From the NCBI RefSeq assembly GCF_001194135.2, contig NC_069001.1, positions 29,559,830 to 29,623,829 of the forward strand: a DNA stretch of 64,000 nucleotides, given 5' to 3'. Numbering within the stretch: position 1 is the first letter of the stretch; each line of letters begins with the position of its first letter. The notes below the pieces were generated by a model that saw nothing but the letters and a program-made list of their open reading frames with translations, ran no database searches and was not told where the DNA came from. Positions 37,136 to 50,051 of the stretch are shown here, in pieces. Both the position numbers and the translations under genes were made by a program. This stretch comes from Octopus bimaculoides (lineage: Eukaryota).

Positions 37136-39817
37136 GAAAAAGATCGTCTTGCAACATCTGAACGTTCCGTTATTTGTGTAATTCATTTTATGAAGCGGCG
37201 AGACCTACATTTGTTACGGGTTTGCATTGGAAACAATCACTTTATATATTAACAGCTTATTGCATCATTGATTTCGCGAAAAAAAAAAGTAGAGCTTTGA
37301 ACAAATTTTTTAGAATGAAACGTAAGGAAAGAAAGTAATAATTTCAAATATCATCAAATTTAATGGCTTTAACACTGTGTGTTCTTCAGTGGGAAGCAAA
37401 ACTTTCGACTTGCTCAATAGGGTGATTGCAAATTGAAATATAAATGTGTAGGTGTATGTTCCATCCCATTAAGAGATTGAACAAGGAACATATTTTTTAG
37501 TAATAACAACTGCTACATCGAAAAGGTTAATATCTCTCACATATAGCAAAATAGATCTGGGAAACTTCGGTAGATCATCAGGACAATGAAGGTCAAAAGT
37601 ATCGTTCGCATCTGTCTTTGAGTAACTTCATGCTTCCAAACTTTTAGTAAATACTTATCACCATTAATAACAGAGTAGAACTACATCTAAAACTAATTGT
37701 ATAATTCATAATAAATGGTAGTTCTGCATATTACACTCTATGGGTTAAAGGGTGTAGTGAAATTTTATGTACTAAGAAGAACGCTTCCAATACAGTAGGG
37801 TGTAGAAATATTTTCTCTCTAGATTATCTGTCATGCTGCTATGTCATTTATAATTGATGAGATGACTCCATAGAGATTCCGAGGCAGGACAGAGAACTGC
37901 ACACAAACACACACACGCACACACACACACACACACATAGGCAAACACACATACACTAATATTTATTTACTAATATAAACACTTACATTTATTTATTCAG
38001 ATAACCTCTAAATGACACCAATGCTTTCAGAGTGTACAACACCTATCATCTGATAAGCACTACTGAAATCAATTGTTTTATTTATTGTCTCCTCCCAGCA
38101 CGATCTCCCTTCTAACCAGTCTTCTATCGACCATTCAATTTAATCTGTCTATTCTGAGTTTTAAATTTATTCCGCTTCCTACCTTAAAAAAAAAATGAAA
38201 AACAAGAACAAAAGCCAAAAAACGGAAAAAAAATATCATAAAAACATATTTCATTCAGATTTCTAACAAAATATAAAACCCATTTTGCACACCACGCTGC
38301 GTGTTGGAAAAAAAAAGAAAACTCCGACTTAAAACACTGGCTTCACTGCTTGAAATAGTCGTTAGGTCAATCTTGTACCGTTCGACATGACTTTCACGCT
38401 AACATACATACAAATATCTACCTACCTACCTACCTGTGTGTCTGTGTCTCCGCCTATCTCTCGCTGTATATATACGTCCTATTATCTCTCCCTCTCTCTC
38501 TATATATATATATGTCATTCTATCTATAAATATATCTATCTATCTAGCTATCCATCCATCTATGTATCTATCTATTTATCTATCTATCTGTTATAATGTT
38601 GATCGCAGACTATTTGCATATTATTGTAGGCACTGTAATATTCTTGTCGGCACTATTATGTTGTGACGGTATTCGGCGTCTTATCTTTGAATCGTCTATC
38701 GTGCTATCGCTGATAGCTCCACATGACAGTGACTTAGAAACGTCTACCTTGACGCTAACTCGAACGCATGCATCACACAACGCATATATCACGTAACTGT
38801 CAATGACGTGTATCAAAAATAAACAAAAAATTCAACAAATAACATTTCAAGATATTCCAGGTAGTGCAGTGAAAAAAATTTTCACAAATGTCTCAGGTCA
38901 CGACAACAATTATATCACATCAATTCTTTCACAGATTTCTAAAAGTGAAATTATATCAATTTTGTGTAACAGCTTCCTTTACTTTAGAAATATGCTAAAT
39001 ATTAGGAGTATAAAGAGAAAGTTGCTTTATATTCCGAGCAGCTCCCGATATCCAGGTTTCTTTTAAAAGTATATCGCACGAATCGCGCACATACACTTGT
39101 GCTCACATACATGCAAACGTACAAATACTGACAGTTACTGCATACACGGAAGAAGTTCCTTGAAATGTCTCCTATAGGAAAATGGTAAACGACGTACACC
39201 GGTTCAGTTGAGACATTTTTGTTACTCCATCTATCTTATTATGTAAGCTTTTCTGAATACCACAAATAAAAAGAAACGCTTGCACATATTTCTTCTAGTT
39301 GTTTTCCTACCAATCGTAATTGATAGTTACATCTCTCATTTATTCGTTCCGTGCTAGCTAATTGTGTCTCTGAAACAGATTATATAATTTCGATTTTATG
39401 CTATCTAAACACGAGAGTACCGTTCAAAAGTATTCGGCCACTTTAAACTATTCTAAATTTCTACTAACTGCTAATTTTAAAGTGAATGTTTCGCATTGCG
39501 TTTCCACAGATGAAATATTGGACTAGTTGGACTCATCTCCATACCTAATCAATATATTTCATTACAGGGGTTCAGTATTAGAGGAGATGATGCGAAGCGA
39601 CCATCAAAATGACCGTGCAAAACTTTTAGGTTATTTCTTATAAAATAATCAATATACAGAAAAATGTCTATTTAAAATTTATTATTATTATTATATAGCT
39701 GAAAAACCGCACACCGTGTGAGATTTTGTTTTGCCTCCTGAGGAGGACGAAATGGAACATTGGCTAAAAGGGAGCTACATTGCATCATTAGAATATTTCT
39801 TTAATGTCTATAGACGT

Positions 39818-39855
39818 ATTTGGTCAGAGGTTGAGAATTTGGTCAGAGGTTGAGA
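39818..39855. repeat. Tandem duplication 2 x 19 bp (ATTTGGTCAGAGGTTGAGA)
   Basis: Exact copies. Confidence 0.9.
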
Positions 39856-40600
39856 ATGGATGAGAATTTTGTAAAGCAATCATTCTATTAAAGTCCCAAG
39901 GTGAATTCCAACTTTTGGGCAATTTATCCAAGAGTACTTATCTTGACGTAAAACCAACAAAGCGAATATCATTTTCCTCCTCCTTGATCTCTGTTGAAAA
40001 ATGCCAACCAAGATTCCGTGAATCGGCCAAGTTTTGCATGCTATAAATAGCAACCCAAATGCTTTTAAATCAGATCCTAATGCTAGATGTTCAAGAAAAA
40101 AATAAAGAGCAGAAATTCAATCCTGGAATCATCCTGATTACAAAAAGTTACATGTCTATGTAGAGCAAATGTAAAGGGTGATACCGAGGCCCTCCACAGA
40201 CAGGATATCGTGTTTATAGTTATAGCATCATGAATGCTTTGGACCATATGTGTATTTCGACAAAGCAGAAACACAGTAGTATATACAACATATAAAGATG
40301 AGTCAAATTTGTATAATTTGCAATAGCAGTAACAGCACAGTTTCGTTGTCCTTTTATGCAAATGTGTATTTATTTAACAACGCAATATTAAAGTATAAAC
40401 GGAACAGTGTCTTCAGCTTCATAAGATGTATTGAAAGAATAATAAAATCTATTGTTTACTACTTCAGATCTCCGTCAATATAAAAGGTCAATGATATAGA
40501 AATATCTTTCATATATGCTTGGCAATGCGATTTGCATTCGATTGACACACAGTTAATCACTCATATTATGCATTTATCTATCTTTGTATGTATCTCTCTC

Positions 40601-40632
<32 letters not shown>

Positions 40633-40674
40633 CAAAAAATACTTTCTCTCTCTCTCTCTCTCTCACGCACACAA

Positions 40675-40721
<47 letters not shown>

Positions 40722-41480
40722 NNNNNNNNNNNNNNNNNNNNNNNNNNNNNNNNNNNNNNNNNNNNNNNNNNNNNNNNNNNNNNNNNNNNNNNNNNNNNNN
40801 NNNNNNNNNNNNNNNNNNNNNNNNNNNNNNNNNNNNNNNNNNNNNNNNNNNNNNNNNNNNNNNNNNNNNNNNNNNNNNNNNNNNNNNNNNNNNNNNNNNN
40901 NNNNNNNNNNNNNNNNNNNNNNNNNNNNNNNNNNNNNNNNNNNNNNNNNNNNNNNNNNNNNNNNNNNNNNNNNNNNNNNNNNNNNNNNNNNNNNNNNNNN
41001 NNNNNNNNNNNNNNNNNNNNNNNNNNNNNNNNNNNNNNNNNNNNNNNNNNNNNNNNNNNNNNNNNNNNNNNNNNNNNNNNNNNNNNNNNNNNNNNNNNNN
41101 NNNNNNNNNNNNNNNNNNNNNNNNNNNNNNNNNNNNNNNNNNNNNNNNNNNNNNNNNNNNNNNNNNNNNNNNNNNNNNNNNNNNNNNNNNNNNNNNNNNN
41201 NNNNNNNNNNNNNNNNNNNNNNNNNNNNNNNNNNNNNNNNNNNNNNNNNNNNNNNNNNNNNNNNNNNNNNNNNNNNNNNNNNNNNNNNNNNNNNNNNNNN
41301 NNNNNNNNNNNNNNNNNNNNNNNNNNNNNNNNNNNNNNNNNNNNNNNNNNNNNNNNNNNNNNNNNNNNNNNNNNNNNNNNNNNNNNNNNNNNNNNNNNNN
41401 NNNNNNNNNNNNNNNNNNNNNNNNNNNNNNNNNNNNNNNNNNNNNNNNNNNNNNNNNNNNNNNNNNNNNNNNNNNNNNNN
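40722..41480. other. Assembly gap (759 N)
   Basis: N run preceded by (AT)n. Confidence 1.
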
Positions 41481-42540
41481 AGATACATGGGAAGCTGGAT
41501 TAAATTTTTCATCAACACAGGGGAGCTGAAATAATTTTTTTCAATGTCCAAGGGAAGCCAAATCACGACAAAAGTTGATAAATGCTGATCTATAACGATG
41601 TTTTTTATTTAGGCACATCGTAAAAGCAATTATAATGATTTGCTTAATATAAAGAAAAGTATGTTTTTCAAGCAAATACAGTTAGAAAAAATATTTACCA
41701 CAAAGAGAAAGAGACAAAAATAAAATAACACGTGACAATTTTTTTTCTAAAAACGTTCAATGACGTTCACTGGAGTGTGGTGTTCGAGTAGACGTCATTC
41801 CACATTTTGATTTATCATTACTATTCTTTTCGTTCGATTTTATTTTTCCTCCTCTTTTGTGTTTTTTTTCTGTGTTTGTGTTGTTCCCTCTGTGTTTCGA
41901 CCTTGTGTGGTTAATAAAAAAAATTAAGTCGTCAGGTATGTATATGTATGTGTAGATGTGTATACGTGTAGATGTGTGTGTGTTTGTGCGTTTAATAACG
42001 TACCGTATATAGTATGTCTCTACTTTCGTATGCAGCATAAATTAAGGAAATAAAAGCACTTGTAAATAATGTAAATAATGTATATAATTCCATAGTCAAT
42101 CCCAGCGGAATTCCCACACACGAATAACTCTTCGGATAAACACTTGACAGCCGTGATAGATCTTTTGGATGCGTGAACTACATACTTGCACTCTTATAAA
42201 ATCTGTATAAGGACTACTTATGTCATATGATGCATACTAGTGGAAATTTAAAAAGGACATGTTACACGTCTCACGTCTCACGTAGAGTCTTCTTGCATAT
42301 GAATACAGGGATCATGTTAGGTTGTATACCTTTCCGTTCCTCTGATTACAGATAAGAAAGCCTCACAATTTGAACCGTTACTCTAAGGAACAATTTAAGC
42401 TGTCAATAGGAATTATGACAGTACAGTTAAATATATTTATCAATATAGGCCTAACCAGACTGTACACTGAGGGCAGGGATTTCTTTAATACACGTGAAAC
42501 TACAAATATTGATGTAAAATATGTGTGCAAAGTCAACACT

Positions 42541-42708
42541 TTGGGGAGTGGATAAGTTGAATACATCTACCCCAGTGTTCAGCTGGTATTTACCTTAACG
42601 AAGGCAAAGTCAACCACAGCGGAAATTGAACATTGAGCCTAAAGACGGACGAATTACGTAAAAGCATTTTGGCTGGTGTGCTAAAATATATCGCCAACAC
42701 GCTGCCTT
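42541..42708 (-). mobile_element. SINE family A copy
   Basis: CCCCAGTG..CTGGTA...AAGGCAAAGTCAACCACAGCGGAAATTGAAC...AAGACGGACGAA. Confidence 0.7.
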
Positions 42709-44262
42709 GCGAGACTGCAAATATTGCGAATCAGCGAGATAAAATTCCCAGCATCTATCACCAATTTTCCCACGAGCGCTAGCCTAGTTTACTGAAATGA
42801 AGATAAACAAAATTTAATAAAAACGGTGATCAATTTGCCATATGTGTATTCACTCGTGTGCCTGCGTTTGTGTCTGTTTACATATACATATCGTTGGAGC
42901 TTTGGCTGTTCATTTTGCCAATAAAACGTACATGGTTTTGTATTTCATTTCTTAATTAATAATCAAGTAACTATCTCAGTAATTGTTTTATGATATGACA
43001 AGTGTAAAATATAAACAGGCCCTGCACTTTTATGGGTTTTCAAAAGCATAACGATGTCGCCTTCAGCAGTGTTTGGTAAAACTATTTCAATACTCAATAT
43101 ATACATAGAGACTCAGAAAAATACATACATACACCTATACACAAATGCATGCACAAACATAAATATACACACATATATAAATATGTATATATATACAGAC
43201 ACAGACATATATATTTATATATGTATGTTTATAGAGGGGAAACAAAAAGAAAAAGAAAGAAGTCAATAAATAAATATATAACCAGATAAATAAATGAGTA
43301 AATAGATCAACGCGCATATTTGCAATTGACCTCTGTGGTAATCATCAATTTGAATGAAGATTCAAACTTCAAAGTGTATGGAAGTAATATTACAGGAATC
43401 GTATATGCTGATTGTGGTAATCGGTGTAAGCTTCTATAAAAGTTCAATGGTGTATTTGTTTAATATGATTTACTTCATCCTATCACATATACGTCTGCTT
43501 ACTTGTGCGTACGTATATAGAATCTAACGTGTATGGAATCGATAACCGTAATTGCTTCTATACACGTATACATACACAGATACAATCTTACACAGTTATT
43601 AAGAAAAACAGCAATGTCCATTATAAAATTCACAGCCTGTGGTGGCATTCATTTACTTTGAAATTTTATGTGGCTTTAGCCAGCCACGTCAGTTATGAAT
43701 AATGAAATTAAACGCCAGTCATTAATACGAAATTAACTCACATAAACATTCAATTAATTAGTTGAGCGATTATTAATGACTAACAACCACATTATTTAGT
43801 CTTGCGTTCGTCGGAATATCAGCTCATGTATGTTCGTATAACTTTCGATTATAAGCGTATGTGTGTATATTTCTAGGGTAAATATAATTATCACTAGTCA
43901 CGTACTGACCTGTTCATCTCTCTCGCCATATTGTGTAGTTGAAATGAGTCTTGAAGGCATGAGATGGACTGACTATATTTGGCATGCGCTGTGCCATTAT
44001 GATACAGCCTGCAAATAATAGAGAACACCAAATACTCAACCACTTATACATTTATACGATATGGAAATAATTTCATTCATGGGGCAACCGAATAATAATT
44101 GTTGACATTCAGGGAGATATATATCTATCTATCTATCTATCTATCTATCTACCTTTCCATCTCCCTGTCTATATACCAATGCACATATGTATATATTTAA
44201 GTATGTGTATGTATGTATTTGCATATGTGTGTATATATGTTTCTCTCCATCTCTCTGCTAAT

Positions 44263-44322
<60 letters not shown>

Positions 44323-44369
44323 ATATATATATATATATATATATTCATCTATCTAATGGATCCCACTAC

Positions 44370-44740
44370 GTCCACTTGTTGGTGCAGACATTTTGAACCG
44401 CAAGCAATACACACATTAAAATCAAGAGAATAAGCAGGATAGAAATTGGGGTTTGTGAACTCAAAGATATTCCTCGTAACTAGAAAAACCGTCTCCAGTG
44501 AGGGATTGCCTGTAATATCCAGTAGCCTCACATAGCCATCTGAATTGAACCTAAGGTCCTATTCATCAGTTCGATGGCACGCAGAGGCTGTCGGAACGCC
44601 CGCTGTACCCTTTTATGCTGGCTATGGCTTCGTAGTACGAGTTGCAGCAGTCCATTTCACGTCTTGCAGCTTTTGTAATGTCCATAAAACATTTGAGCAG
44701 CAGTATCGATCTGCATTTTGACAGACAATGTGAATCATCG
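44370..44740 (-). mobile_element. Internally deleted Tc1/mariner-superfamily (DD37D/maT-like) transposase remnant
   Basis: Minus strand: RREMDCCNSYYEAIASIKGYSGRSD (N-terminal-like) joined to RFNSDGYVRLLD..PSLETV and NIFEFTNPNFYPAYSLDFN. The last resembles the FWPPNSPDLNP motif. Confidence 0.6.
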
Positions 44741-45205
44741 TAATACAATATTTTTTTTTTTTAATTCAAAGGGCTTCCAGTCCTCCATCTCAGTATTTCC
44801 ATACCTATAACTTCAATACCTATGCTCACCAACGCTGTTGACCCATCACCAATACACCATGCTGTTCCCGAAAAACAAATCAGACAGAAAACACTGTCAA
44901 AATTTGCGCGAACACCATGTAAATATATTTGGGGTTGATGGGATCTGCTCCAATTCTTTCTAAATATGTGGACGTATTTGTGAATTACGAATTATTAGGT
45001 ATCACCACATTCACCATGTATATTAAAGTACCTGAACTAACCACAGCATGATTTGTGTCTTTGGTGTTACAATTATGAAGATGAATGTCATTCGTTCGCA
45101 GGTGTTGCTACGGGATTTTATACAGAATATCGTGTGTGGTGTCAAATAGAATTACAGTGGAATTTCTATGCAGGAACATGGTCCTATCGTTAATCATTTC
45201 ATCAA

Positions 45206-45815
45206 TTTATATTTGACAATGAATCATGGGAGCTTTTCTGAACGGAATCCCCGTGTTGTGTAGATATGTCAATTTATTATGTCCATCACAGCTACATGAA
45301 GGGAAAGGCATATAGACACGCTGATAATTAAATAAAAGTGATATGCAATTCAAGTATAGCATTGTGGTTAAAAACAATGTCTGTATAAAAGCATTGAGGA
45401 AATAAAGTAGCGTTCAGTGCATGTTTTTGTAAAGCATCCTCGTTATTATTCATAGTAATACATGCATTTACACAGGGTGTCGGTGTTCTACGTATGCTTT
45501 CTTTTACCTGCGATGTCAAGTACTACCAGAGTGCATGTGTATGTGTGTGTATGTGTTATGTGAATATAAGTGTGTATGTGTGTGTATGTGTTCTGTGAAT
45601 ATATGTGTGTATGTGGGTGTATGTGTTTATATTTGACAATGAATCATGGGAGCTTTTCTGAACGGAATCCCCATGTTGTGTAGATATGTCAATTTATTAT
45701 GTCCATCAGAGCTACATGAAGGGAAAGGCATATAGACACGCTGATAATTAAATAAAAGTGATATGCAATTCAAGTATAGTATTGTGGTTAAAAACAATGT
45801 CTGTATAAAAGCATT
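45206..45815 (+). repeat. 190-bp direct duplication (45206-45395 and 45626-45815)
   Basis: Three substitutions over 190 bp by manual comparison; offset 420 bp. The second copy ends just before (AT)n and a gap. Confidence 0.92.
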
Positions 45816-45982
45816 AATATATATATATNNNNNNNNNNNNNNNNNNNNNNNNNNNNNNNNNNNNNNNNNNNNNNNNNATATATAAATCCAAGGAGAACTA
45901 TCCTTAAGGAGTCTACTTTAGACTTTTTTGCGTTGAAATCTCTTGCTATATTGGTAACGATTACATGTTTTTCTATGAACAA

Positions 45983-46019
<37 letters not shown>

Positions 46020-46764
46020 TACCATCTCTACCACCGAATATCACCACCACCACAACCGTCTTTTTTTTTTCATATTTTGTAGACAGTTTCTCAACACAGA
46101 TAAATCTCACGTTTGCGCATAAACGAATACAGTCATAAATTTTAAAGAAAATTTCCTTTTACGCAGTGAAATGATTATTCTGAGTGACAAACTGCATGTG
46201 TTACTGTTATTCAAATTTAAATAGCAAGGAAGACGTAGAAAACATAAACCCTGAAAATTGCACAAGATACCTTGTTAAGCTTTGAATTAAACTTATGTCT
46301 TGTAACAGACGTACTACGCCAAAGTATAGAACAATTCTTCCGTTATATCCGCTATCATTTTATTCCCTAATATTTCACATAGTATACGGATAATTGATGA
46401 TCCACTAGTTTTTGTTGTCTGTGTTAGTTTTAGTTCCAGCGAGGTCCCTGAGAAGGATCGGTCGATGAAATATATTTCAGCTGTGATGAACTGTGCTTTT
46501 CTCTTACGCAATGGACTGTGGACTGCATAACTAATGAGCTGTTCAGTTTTAAATACCATAATCTGTATTTTCTTTAATATTTTATTGCTATTTCTAGCTG
46601 CCAAATAACCAGAATCTTGTACAATTAAAGCACGCTTGGCATCAAAGAATCGTTCAGGCGACTCATTCAACATTACGAAATACTGGACTAACATCAGTGG
46701 AATATTATGACGAGAGCATTGCTGAAATATGGTATTTTTGTAACTCAAAAACAATGAAGATCTT

Positions 46765-46902
46765 AATATTGGTTTTACATTTTGGGACAAAGCCAGCAAT
46801 TTCGATATAGGTGGCATTGTCAATTACATCTTACCCAGTACTGAACTGGTTCTTATGTCATCGACCATGAAAGGATGAAGAGAAAAGTCGGCTTCGGTCA
46901 AA
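46765..46902 (-). mobile_element. SINE family A 3' half (tail type 2)
   Basis: Reverse complement: CTTCATCCTTTCATGGTCGATG..AAGAACCAGTTCAGTACTGGG...GAAATTGCTGGCTTTGTCCCAAAAT. Confidence 0.75.
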
Positions 46903-46925
46903 TATAGCATATAATATATGCCCAC

Positions 46926-46998
46926 GGGCATATGGCGTAATGGTTAAGAGCGCAAGTTACTAACCCGAAGATTCCGAGTTCGATTCCATGCAGTGACT

Positions 46999-47041
<43 letters not shown>

Positions 47042-47229
47042 CAGCAACATCGAAAAATACCTTAGGAATGAAAACCTAGGTTCAAAATTTCCCCAAGACA
47101 CCTGATGAAGGCTGGAGGGTATATCAACCGAAACACTGTGTTAACAACAAACAAGATGAGGACAAATATCTGTCAAATGTAAATAATGTAAATAATGTAC
47201 ATAATTCATCATCTCTTAAATATAAAACT
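46926..47229 (+). mobile_element. Family D element, copy 3 (most complete)
   Basis: Box A TGGCGTAATGG (46933-46943), box B GAGTTCGATTCC (46976-46987), (AAT)n, hammerhead region and tail. No TTTT Pol III terminator lies before the ribozyme. Confidence 0.92.
47097..47142 (+). ncRNA. Minimal type I hammerhead motif (copy 3)
   Basis: GACAC-CUGAUGA-A-GGCUG[GAGGGUAUAU]CAACC-GAA-ACAC-U-GUGUU. Stem I is fully paired (GACAC/GUGUU), but stem III and the cleavage site are mutated (ACAC instead of ACGU). Confidence 0.5.
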
Positions 47230-47354
47230 ATATTATAAATACAGAAGTTAAAAATGAAGTATATGTCGTCAGTCACTTTGCTTATTGTACTTATGATTTA
47301 CCAAGCTCAGCACCTTCATGAAAGGCACTAATATTAGTTTGAATATTGGAACAG

Positions 47355-47512
47355 CTCCGGGCATTTTTTGGGGTGGCAGAGATCGGTTACAACGACCCGA
47401 ATTTTAAACTGGTTTTTACTTTATCCTCCCCTGAAGGATGAAAGTAAGTGTCAACCGCTGCGTAATTTGAACTGAAAAAGTAAAGACAGGCGAAATGCTA
47501 CTGAGCATTTTA
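47355..47512 (-). mobile_element. SINE family A, degenerate
   Basis: GAAGGATGAAAG...AATTTGAACTGA...AAAGACAGGCGAAATGCT..GAGCATTT. Confidence 0.65.
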
Positions 47513-48306
47513 CCTCTGTTTAGATAACTGATGGAATTAGATCGATCGGTGACGACACGGAAACGATTGTAATAAAAGCTTCATATTAGCAATATTTGGT
47601 GACGACTACTCAGCAGCTATAGCTTGGCTGGTTGTAGCTTCATCGTCTTCTCAGATTAAAGGGTTAAACGTGTCATAATTTGTCATCAGAATTCAAAGCG
47701 ACAATAAATACAGGTGGATGTCTACTATGTACATGAACAATGAATAACATACAAACGTTTTGATTCCTCGTCTAATTATTTTCATTTATTTAACTATACC
47801 TCCCGAATGAAGACTATATAACAGACAATGCATATAGCGTAGATATGATACAACGGCGCATGGAAATTATATACATATCTAAAGTAGAGAATTATGAGGA
47901 AATGTTTGATTAATTGTCGTGTTAGTATATTTAACTAGATGCAATATTCAACCACGTTTAACAATAAGCGCTAAGTCGTCTGCACTAAGATTTTGTTGTA
48001 TTGTAAATGTGGCCATTGTCTGAAAACAATTGTCTTTAATACTTCATATATTCAATGTTTATGTCGCTTGTTCCTCCTTCACAATTCACAGCTATTCTTC
48101 TATTCAGTTGCTTAATTTCTCTTTCTATTCAGTTGTTTACTAAATATGATTCTCTGTTATCCATGGACGTACTAGTCTGTTCATATGGGAACATATCTGT
48201 GTGTGCATATATATATATATATATATANNNNNNNNNNNNNNNNNNNNNNNNNNNNNNNNNNNNNNNNNNNNNNNNNNNNNNNNNNNNATAAATAATTTAT
48301 TATATG

Positions 48307-48362
48307 TATTTATTTTCTCCTAGTAATAAATAACTCGGATAAAATAAATTCGTTAATAGATA
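48307..48362 (+). repeat. ~56-bp unclassified repeat following (TA)n (second copy 57890-57946)
   Basis: TATTTATTTTCTCCTAGTAATAAATAACTCGGATAAAATAAATTCGTTAATAGATA versus TATTTATTTTCTCTTAGTTAATAATTAACTCGGACAAAATAAATTGATTAATAGATA. Confidence 0.75.
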
Positions 48363-48518
48363 CCAGGGTAGTAAATATATATATATATATATATATACGT
48401 GTATATATATATATATATGTATATATATATGTATATCTGTATATATAAATATATATAATATATAATATATACCATATCTATATATTATATATATATGTAT
48501 ATATATATTTAAATGCAT

Positions 48519-48686
48519 CCTTCTCGACCAGTGCCAGGCTCATAAGGGCCGATTTCCAGGTTTCATTGCCGTACAAATTACCTCAACTGGATTGGACGCC
48601 GATTCGCCACAGGATTACTCATTTGTGCAAGCTGAGTAGACTGAGCAACGTGAAATGAAGGGTTTTCCTCAAGAATGCAACACATC
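48519..48686 (-). mobile_element. SINE family C 3' part
   Basis: TTACTCATTTGTGCAAGCTGAGTAGACTG.AGCAACGTGAAATGAAG matches 34927-35084. Confidence 0.7.
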
Positions 48687-48703
48687 TTTCAATTTATCCA
48701 ACT

Positions 48704-48878
48704 AGGCGGAAGAGTGGCTGTGTGGTAAGTAGCTTGCCTCCCAACCACATGTTTCCGGGTTCAGTTCCACTGCATGCCACCTTGGGCAAGTGTCTTCTAC
48801 TATGTAGCCTCAGGTTAACCAAAGCTTTGTGAGTGTATTTGGTAGACGGAAATTGAAAGAAGCCCGTCGTATATATAT

Positions 48879-48923
<45 letters not shown>

Positions 48924-49135
48924 TGTGTGTCTGTGTCTGTGTCTCTCCCTCCGACCATCGCTTGACAACAGATGCTAGTGTGTTTACGTCCCCGTAACTT
49001 AGTGGATTGTCACAAGAGAACGATAGAATAAGTGCTAGGCTACAAAGAATAAGTCCTGGCTTGATTTTTCCGACTGTAGACGGTGCTCCAGCATGGCCAC
49101 AGTAAAATGACTAAAACAAATATAATAATAAAAGA
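48704..49135 (+). mobile_element. SINE family B, full length
   Basis: tRNA-like head GAGTGGCTGTGTGGTAAG...CCGGGTTCAGTTCCAC, core CCTTGGGCAAGTGTCTTCTACTAT, internal (GT)n, tail GGTGCTCCAGCATGGCCACAGT.AAATGACT. Confidence 0.9.
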
Positions 49136-49186
49136 ATATGTAGCTATCAACATCTATTTCCTAATTTGTCTTTATGCCGTCTGTTT

Positions 49187-49222
<36 letters not shown>

Positions 49223-49972
49223 CTCTCTCTCCCTTTCTCTGATATAAAAGAGATTTTCTATATGACGCAGTACTTATAACCGTTTCTATTCGATACAAAT
49301 ATACATATATACACAAGTATATATGCATATACGTATATGCATGTGCCTCTGTGTGTGTATGTGTGCGTGTGAATGTGTCTATGTGAGGGCATGTATACTT
49401 GTTGCGTATTTGTGTGTGTAACGAATAGTGCTACCGATGTTGACTTTTATACTCGCAAAGATGTGCACATCAAATATATATGTACACCTGTTTGTGATTC
49501 AGTGTCTGAGTGTTTTCCTCCTGTTGAATGTATACATATGCGTTTTTATACGCCTTACACATTACATGAGTGAATATGTTTCCAGCCTATTTTAGAAAAG
49601 TTTTATAAAATGAAAATATAATGAGCTGCTAATAACTATAACTTAGTGCTTTATTCAACGTAGAGTAATAAAAATGCCGAAATTTATGATGTCATTACGA
49701 TAAACGGTTTTACACAGCCGACTAAGGACGCTTTACGCAATGATTTAATCTCCAATAAATGGTTTATATCTCCAGTACAATATTTATATGTATATATGCA
49801 AGGATATATACCGCACTAGCAATATCAGGGCTGCTCTCACACAAAAAACATATAAGCATGTATACATACAGACGCATACACACGCACATTCAGACGAACA
49901 CAGGTTATAAACATAGTTCGTGAAACGATGAATCTGTTGGTAGTAACCGTAATACGTGTGTGTGTGTGTGTG

Positions 49973-50009
<37 letters not shown>

Positions 50010-50017
50010 CACGCGCG

Positions 50018-50051
<34 letters not shown>

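Noticed and set aside
39416-39640. Tc1-like terminus (GTACCGTTCAAAAGTATTCGGCCAC) and a motif GGAGATGATG..GAAGCGACCC shared with ~25657-25740
   Set aside because: No partner inverted repeat was found, so element boundaries cannot be supported.
43717-43781. Pre-miRNA-sized hairpin with 11-bp outer arms (AGTCATTAATA/TATTAATGACT)
   Set aside because: The inner pairing is poor and the sequence very AT-rich, so chance is likely.
46926-46990. Genuine tRNA gene
   Set aside because: Box A and box B are present, but there is no acceptor stem or complete cloverleaf, and it continues into a repeat body; it is a SINE head.
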